Positions 27,942 to 32,000 of a stretch of DNA of 32,000 bases are shown piece by piece. Source of the DNA: Patescibacteria group bacterium. Its GTDB lineage: Bacteria > Patescibacteriota > UBA1384 > XYA2-FULL-43-10. The position numbers and the translations under genes are program-made. The stretch is from assembly GCA_041674405.1 (NCBI GenBank), contig JBAYVT010000001.1, positions 120,001-152,000 of the forward strand, in the 5' to 3' direction. The first letter of the stretch is position 1. Every line of letters begins with the position of its first letter. The notes under the pieces are model-generated. The model ran no database searches and was not told where the DNA came from. It was given only the letters and a program-made list of their open reading frames with translations.

Positions 27942-28541
27942 GGGAGTTTCTTCTAGGTGTTTGATGTCGTTAATAGTCTTTATGGAAATTTTTTTGTTTT
28001 CATCAATCAGTACGACACTAATGCTGGTATTGGCAATTTCTGTAAGCTTGCTGCCAATTTCTTGATCAATGTAACAAAATAAATTCTTGAGCCAAATCCC
28101 GTGTGTTACAGCTAAAATTGTTTTATCCGAATAATCATTTGCGATCATCTTAATAAATTTCTTGACACGTATAAGCACGTCAGTGTCATTTTCGCCTCCC
28201 TCTGGGCAAAAATCTTCCTTAGACAGGCCCGAACTTAATCTCGCCTCCTCACGCAGCACCGACAATTTACCTTCAAATATTCCGCTTCCTTTCTCTCGAA
28301 GCAAAGGCTCGTAAATAACCGGAAGGTCTGAGTGATATTTCAAAATTTCTTTAATAGTATCTTTGGTCCTTTTTAGATCGCTACAAAAAGCGATGTCAAA
28401 GTGTTGGTCTTTTAATCTCTCTCCAACTTTTCTCGCTTGTTCGGCTCCGATTTCGGAAAGTGGGTTATGGGAATGTCCCTGAACAATTTTTTGGTCATTG
28501 TAGCCAGTATGTCCATGGCGGACAAATACGAGATTAATCAT
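27921..28541 (-). CDS. Stand-alone histidine phosphatase (phosphoglycerate mutase-like)
   Basis: MINLVFVRHGHTGYNDQKIVQG...FDIAFCSDLKRTKDTIKEIL...LREKGSGIFEGK...TILAVTHGIWLKNL; both catalytic His motifs present. Confidence 0.93.
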   Translation of the reverse strand: MINLVFVRHGHTGYNDQKIVQGHSHNPLSEIGAEQARKVGERLKDQHFDIAFCSDLKRTKDTIKEILKYHSDLPVIYEPLLREKGSGIFEGKLSVLREEARLSSGLSKEDFCPEGGENDTDVLIRVKKFIKMIANDYSDKTILAVTHGIWLKNLFCYIDQEIGSKLTEIANTSISVVLIDENKKISIKTINDIKHLEETPSNVLTD

Positions 28542-29007
28542 TGAGTTCCTTAATATATTTCACCAGCCAAAAGGTTTCGTCTGATTTGTTAGTAATTTTG
28601 CGATCGCTCAAAAATTTAAACCCGTTTTTTAGATAGAAGGCCCGTGTTCTATTATATGGTTCCCAATCTTCTTTGTCAGATAACGTTTCCACAGTAATCT
28701 TTTTGACTTCCAGATTTCGCGCTGCCTTCTCAACCTTTTCAAGTAATTGCCCACCTACTCCCTTACGATGAGAATTCAAGTTGACACCTAGCCAGGTAAT
28801 TTTAATATCCCCCTCCTCGGATGAAAAAGTAATAAATCCAACAATTTTGCCATCATTTTCGGCAGCAAAACCATGATGCAATTTTAGATCAAGCGGAATT
28901 TCGTTCGAGATTGCATAATCATCAAACCAACCGGGATTTAGGGATTTTACAACCTTCATTACTCCGTCATGGTCGATTAGCTCAATCGGCCTAATTTTTA
29001 TAGTCAT
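28534..29007 (-). CDS. GNAT family N-acetyltransferase
   Basis: FAAENDGKIVGFITFSSEEGDIKITWLGVNLNSHRKGVGGQLLEKVEKAARNLEVKKITVET...RTRAFYLKNGFKFLSD; Q/RxxGxG/A-type motif A (HRKGVGGQLL). Confidence 0.9.
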   Translation of the reverse strand: MTIKIRPIELIDHDGVMKVVKSLNPGWFDDYAISNEIPLDLKLHHGFAAENDGKIVGFITFSSEEGDIKITWLGVNLNSHRKGVGGQLLEKVEKAARNLEVKKITVETLSDKEDWEPYNRTRAFYLKNGFKFLSDRKITNKSDETFWLVKYIKELND

Positions 29008-32000
29008 TTATTTAATCCTCGAGATTCCGATCCAAATTTTCTCACCGTCGATACAGAATTCTTCTGAACCTTCCGGGTTTTCGATTTTTCCGTCAGTGCT
29101 TTCTTTCGCTAGTACTTCTTTGGCAATAATTTCCGACATTGATTTCATCACTTTTTTCAATACCTCTCCCGATGTAGCGTAATTTACAACTATCCTGTTC
29201 TCAACTTCAAACCCGGACTTTTTGCGTAGCGATTGGATGTTGCGGATGAGTTCCCTGGCAACACCTTCGGTTTTTAATTCGTCAGTTAATACCGTATCAA
29301 GCTCGACGCCTGTCTCCCCTACTCCGGAATTCTTATCTCCTTCGTCAATATGAATATCTCGTGCGTCGACATAAACTACTTTTTTCACATTTACTTCTTC
29401 AGCAATGATTGTTTCCAAATCTTCAGACAATTTTTTACCGGAATATTTTAGAAGAGCTAAAGGCTGGCGAACTTTTATTCCCGCTTCCGATCTTTTGGCT
29501 AAGCCAGCTTCAACAATCTGCCGTGTTTCTGCCATCTCATCCAGAACAGAAAGATCAAATTCTTCCGGTGCGGGGAAATCGGCCAAGTGTACCGATTCCG
29601 GATCACTTTCTTGCTTTAGGCCCTGATACACGGTTTCGGCGAACATCGGAGTAAACGGCGCCAAGAGTTTCGATAAGCCGATCAAAACTTCATACAAAGT
29701 ATGATATGCCGATTCTTTATCGCTGTCAGACTCCGATTTCCAAAATCTGCGGCGTGAGCGGCGGACATACCAAGTAGAAAGTTCGTTTATAAAATCAAGA
29801 ATCGTATTTGCCGGTCTGTAGGTATCATAGTTATCCAATGATTCGGTGATGGTTTCGGTAAGTTCGTTAAACTTCGCAAGGATCCATTTGTCTAGAATGT
29901 TTGTAGCTTCTGTTTTTCCGCTCGGCTTCCAACCGTCGATTGATGCGTACATAGAAAAGAATGAATAAACATTCCAAAGCGTGATAAATAGGTTGCGGGA
30001 AACAGACAAAACTTCTTTTTCTGAAAAAAGCTTCGGCTCACCGGGCTGATTCACAGAATAAAGGAAGAAGCGGACGACATCGGCGCCAACTTTCTCAAAT
30101 TCAGCCATCGGCTCGACAATGTTTCCCTTCGACTTCGACATTTTTTGCCCTTTTTCGTCTAGAATATGTCCTGTCGAGATAACATTTTTAAAACAAGAAT
30201 TATTTTTTACAATCGTCGAGATCGCGAGAAGCGTGTAAAACCAGCCTCGGGTTTGATCGATCGCTTCGCAAATGAAATCAGCCGGGTACTGCTCAGCAAA
30301 GAGTTCGCTGTTTTCGAATGGATAGTGATATTGGGCGTATGGCATGGAGCCGGAATCGAACCAGACATCCATCACTTCTGGAGTTCGTTTCATCGTTCCG
30401 CCGCATTTGCAGGTGAATTCAACCTCATCAACAAATGGTTTGTGAGGATCGAAGGCAGTACCGTCAGAATTTAGATAAAATTTATGAGATAATTCATGAT
30501 CAGGGCGTTCGTGTTGGAAGTATCCAGAATAATCCAAGTTCCCTAAAATCATGTTCAATGCACCATTAATGGCCCCGTGTGCAACAATAACGATTGTCTT
30601 ACCAGGATATTCTTTTCCAATCTTGGCTAAAAATTCTTTGACCCTTTCTACAACATCAGCTCTCGTTTCCCCCGTGGTGCCAAGCTTAAAATTAAATCTT
30701 TGTTCAGGAATTTTCTCAGTCACCAAATAATCTTGAAAATCTTTCCTGTCAAGTCTTTGTTCGGGTGTAAGCTCATTCCATTCGCCGGAGTCCAGCTCAA
30801 TGATTCTGTCGTCGAATATCAATTCCGCATCTACATGTTTCTTAACGATTTCTGCGGATTGCTTTGCTCTCAACACCGGAGAAGATATTATTATGTCAAC
30901 TTTGTCCTTTATTTTTTTTGCGGTTGTTTCCACCTGAGTCACACCCTTCTCTGTAAGAGGCCATTTATCAAGCGCTTTTGAATCAATATCAAGAATGTTT
31001 CTCTCCGTTTCACCGTGTCGGACAAAGATCAATTTCGTTACCTTAGTATTGCTCTCGTTGAAATCCATAAAATTGCCAACGACTTTTTTCTCGTCACACT
31101 TGTCGCAAGTCCAGACCGGGAGCGGCGTCCCCCAATATCTGTCACGGGAAATTGCCCAGTCATTGATATTTTCGAGCCAATTGCCAAAACGGCCGTGCTT
31201 TAAGTAGGCTGGGTTCCAGTTGATTGTCTCATTATTTTCAAGAAGCTCATCTCGAAGTTTCGACATCGCGATATACCAAGAATCCTTGGCAAAGTAGAGA
31301 AGCGGTGAGTCACAACGCCAGCAGAACGGATAATCATGGGCGAACATCTCTTTTTTAAATAATATTCCACGTTTTTCAAGATCGAGTTTCACTTCTTTGT
31401 CGGCGTCTTTGACAAAGCTTCCTTTGCCAGCGCCGGCAAGCTCCGTCCCCTTTTCATCAACGGTCTTTAAAACCTTGATGCCGTTCTTGCGAAAACCAAA
31501 TTCGTAATCATCCTCACCAAATGCCGGGGCAATGTGGACGATGCCGGTGCCGTCTGAATCGGTGACAAAATCGGCGACAATCAGCTTGTAAACTTTCTCT
31601 CCACCTTCAGAAAATTTATCTCCGTCCGGATAAATCGCTTCGTAATCCGGTTTGTCGGTGAAAGATGGGGCAGCAATTTCCGAACCGGTCAGCTCTTTAA
31701 TGACATTTGCACCAGGCAAAACGGCATCGAGACGGCTTTGCGCAAGTATATACTTCTCTCCGTCTTTTTCTGCCAAAACGTATTTGATATTCGGGCCAAA
31801 TGCTAGAGCGGCGTTGCCTGCGAGCGTCCAAGGCGTTGTCGTCCAGACAAGAAAATACGCATCTTCATGATTTGATTTAACCTTGATATAGACTGATTCC
31901 TCTTCAACATTCTTGTATCCCTGGGCAACCTCATGAGAAGATAACGCCGTACCGCAGCGCGGGCAATATGGCACGACTTTGTGGCCCCTGTAAAGCAAAC
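29008..32000 (-). CDS. ileS: Isoleucyl-tRNA synthetase with an internal histidine phosphatase domain; 5' end lies beyond the window
   Basis: Editing-domain motifs VWTTTPWTLAGNAALAFG and GTGIVHIAPAFGEDD, INDWAISRDRYWGTPLPVW, CGGTMKRTPEVMDVWFDSG, ADFICEAIDQTRGWFYTL, ILDEKGQKMSKSKGN (KMSKS). The HIGH region is expected outside the window. The frame is open to the window edge. Confidence 0.95.
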   Translation of the reverse strand, partial: LLYRGHKVVPYCPRCGTALSSHEVAQGYKNVEEESVYIKVKSNHEDAYFLVWTTTPWTLAGNAALAFGPNIKYVLAEKDGEKYILAQSRLDAVLPGANVIKELTGSEIAAPSFTDKPDYEAIYPDGDKFSEGGEKVYKLIVADFVTDSDGTGIVHIAPAFGEDDYEFGFRKNGIKVLKTVDEKGTELAGAGKGSFVKDADKEVKLDLEKRGILFKKEMFAHDYPFCWRCDSPLLYFAKDSWYIAMSKLRDELLENNETINWNPAYLKHGRFGNWLENINDWAISRDRYWGTPLPVWTCDKCDEKKVVGNFMDFNESNTKVTKLIFVRHGETERNILDIDSKALDKWPLTEKGVTQVETTAKKIKDKVDIIISSPVLRAKQSAEIVKKHVDAELIFDDRIIELDSGEWNELTPEQRLDRKDFQDYLVTEKIPEQRFNFKLGTTGETRADVVERVKEFLAKIGKEYPGKTIVIVAHGAINGALNMILGNLDYSGYFQHERPDHELSHKFYLNSDGTAFDPHKPFVDEVEFTCKCGGTMKRTPEVMDVWFDSGSMPYAQYHYPFENSELFAEQYPADFICEAIDQTRGWFYTLLAISTIVKNNSCFKNVISTGHILDEKGQKMSKSKGNIVEPMAEFEKVGADVVRFFLYSVNQPGEPKLFSEKEVLSVSRNLFITLWNVYSFFSMYASIDGWKPSGKTEATNILDKWILAKFNELTETITESLDNYDTYRPANTILDFINELSTWYVRRSRRRFWKSESDSDKESAYHTLYEVLIGLSKLLAPFTPMFAETVYQGLKQESDPESVHLADFPAPEEFDLSVLDEMAETRQIVEAGLAKRSEAGIKVRQPLALLKYSGKKLSEDLETIIAEEVNVKKVVYVDARDIHIDEGDKNSGVGETGVELDTVLTDELKTEGVARELIRNIQSLRKKSGFEVENRIVVNYATSGEVLKKVMKSMSEIIAKEVLAKESTDGKIENPEGSEEFCIDGEKIWIGISRIK
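30451..31041 (-). other. Histidine phosphatase (RHG) domain inserted within the IleRS ORF
   Basis: VTKLIFVRHGETERNILDIDSKALDKWPLTEKGVTQVETTAKKIKDKVDIIISSPVLRAKQSAEIVKKHV...IIELDSGEWNELTPEQR...GKTIVIVAHGAINGALNMILG. RHG codons at 31012-31020 and the second catalytic His codon at 30577-30579, all in frame with IleRS. Confidence 0.92.

Noticed and set aside
30451-31041. Assembly chimera as explanation for the RHG segment in IleRS
   Set aside because: Both flanks and the insert are in one uninterrupted frame, and the insert sits at a natural linker between conserved IleRS motifs. A chimera is unlikely, though not excluded without reads.
1-32000. CRISPR arrays, transposases, phage structural genes or restriction systems
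   Set aside because: I saw no regularly spaced repeats and no protein with such signatures in the ORF track.

Overview
The window is a gene-dense stretch of what looks like a reduced, Patescibacteria/CPR-like bacterial genome (lineage is inferred from gene content only), almost all on the minus strand. It starts with the C-terminus of a response-regulator receiver domain followed by a strong GC hairpin. Next come membrane proteins, a PpiC-type foldase, an LCP protein, TsaB and TsaE, a lamin-tail/OB-fold surface protein, a PIG-L deacetylase, queA, a bacterial PH-domain protein, queH, ruvB, a methyltransferase-cupin fusion and ruvA. A carbohydrate island follows (phosphohexomutase, two APH-fold kinases, three GT4 and one GT2 glycosyltransferases, and a GalT-like protein). 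After it come ruvC, yebC, a comEC split into two ORFs, grpE, an atypical tRNA-like element, an RNHCP-domain protein, a histidine phosphatase, a GNAT acetyltransferase and a truncated isoleucyl-tRNA synthetase gene. The standout observation is that the IleRS reads through an apparently intact histidine-phosphatase (RHG) domain of about 197 aa. It is inserted between the zinc-binding motif and the 'DPHKPFVDEV...CGGTMKR' segment of the catalytic body. A stand-alone histidine phosphatase is encoded two genes downstream. No CRISPR array, transposase, prophage or canonical tRNA was recognised.
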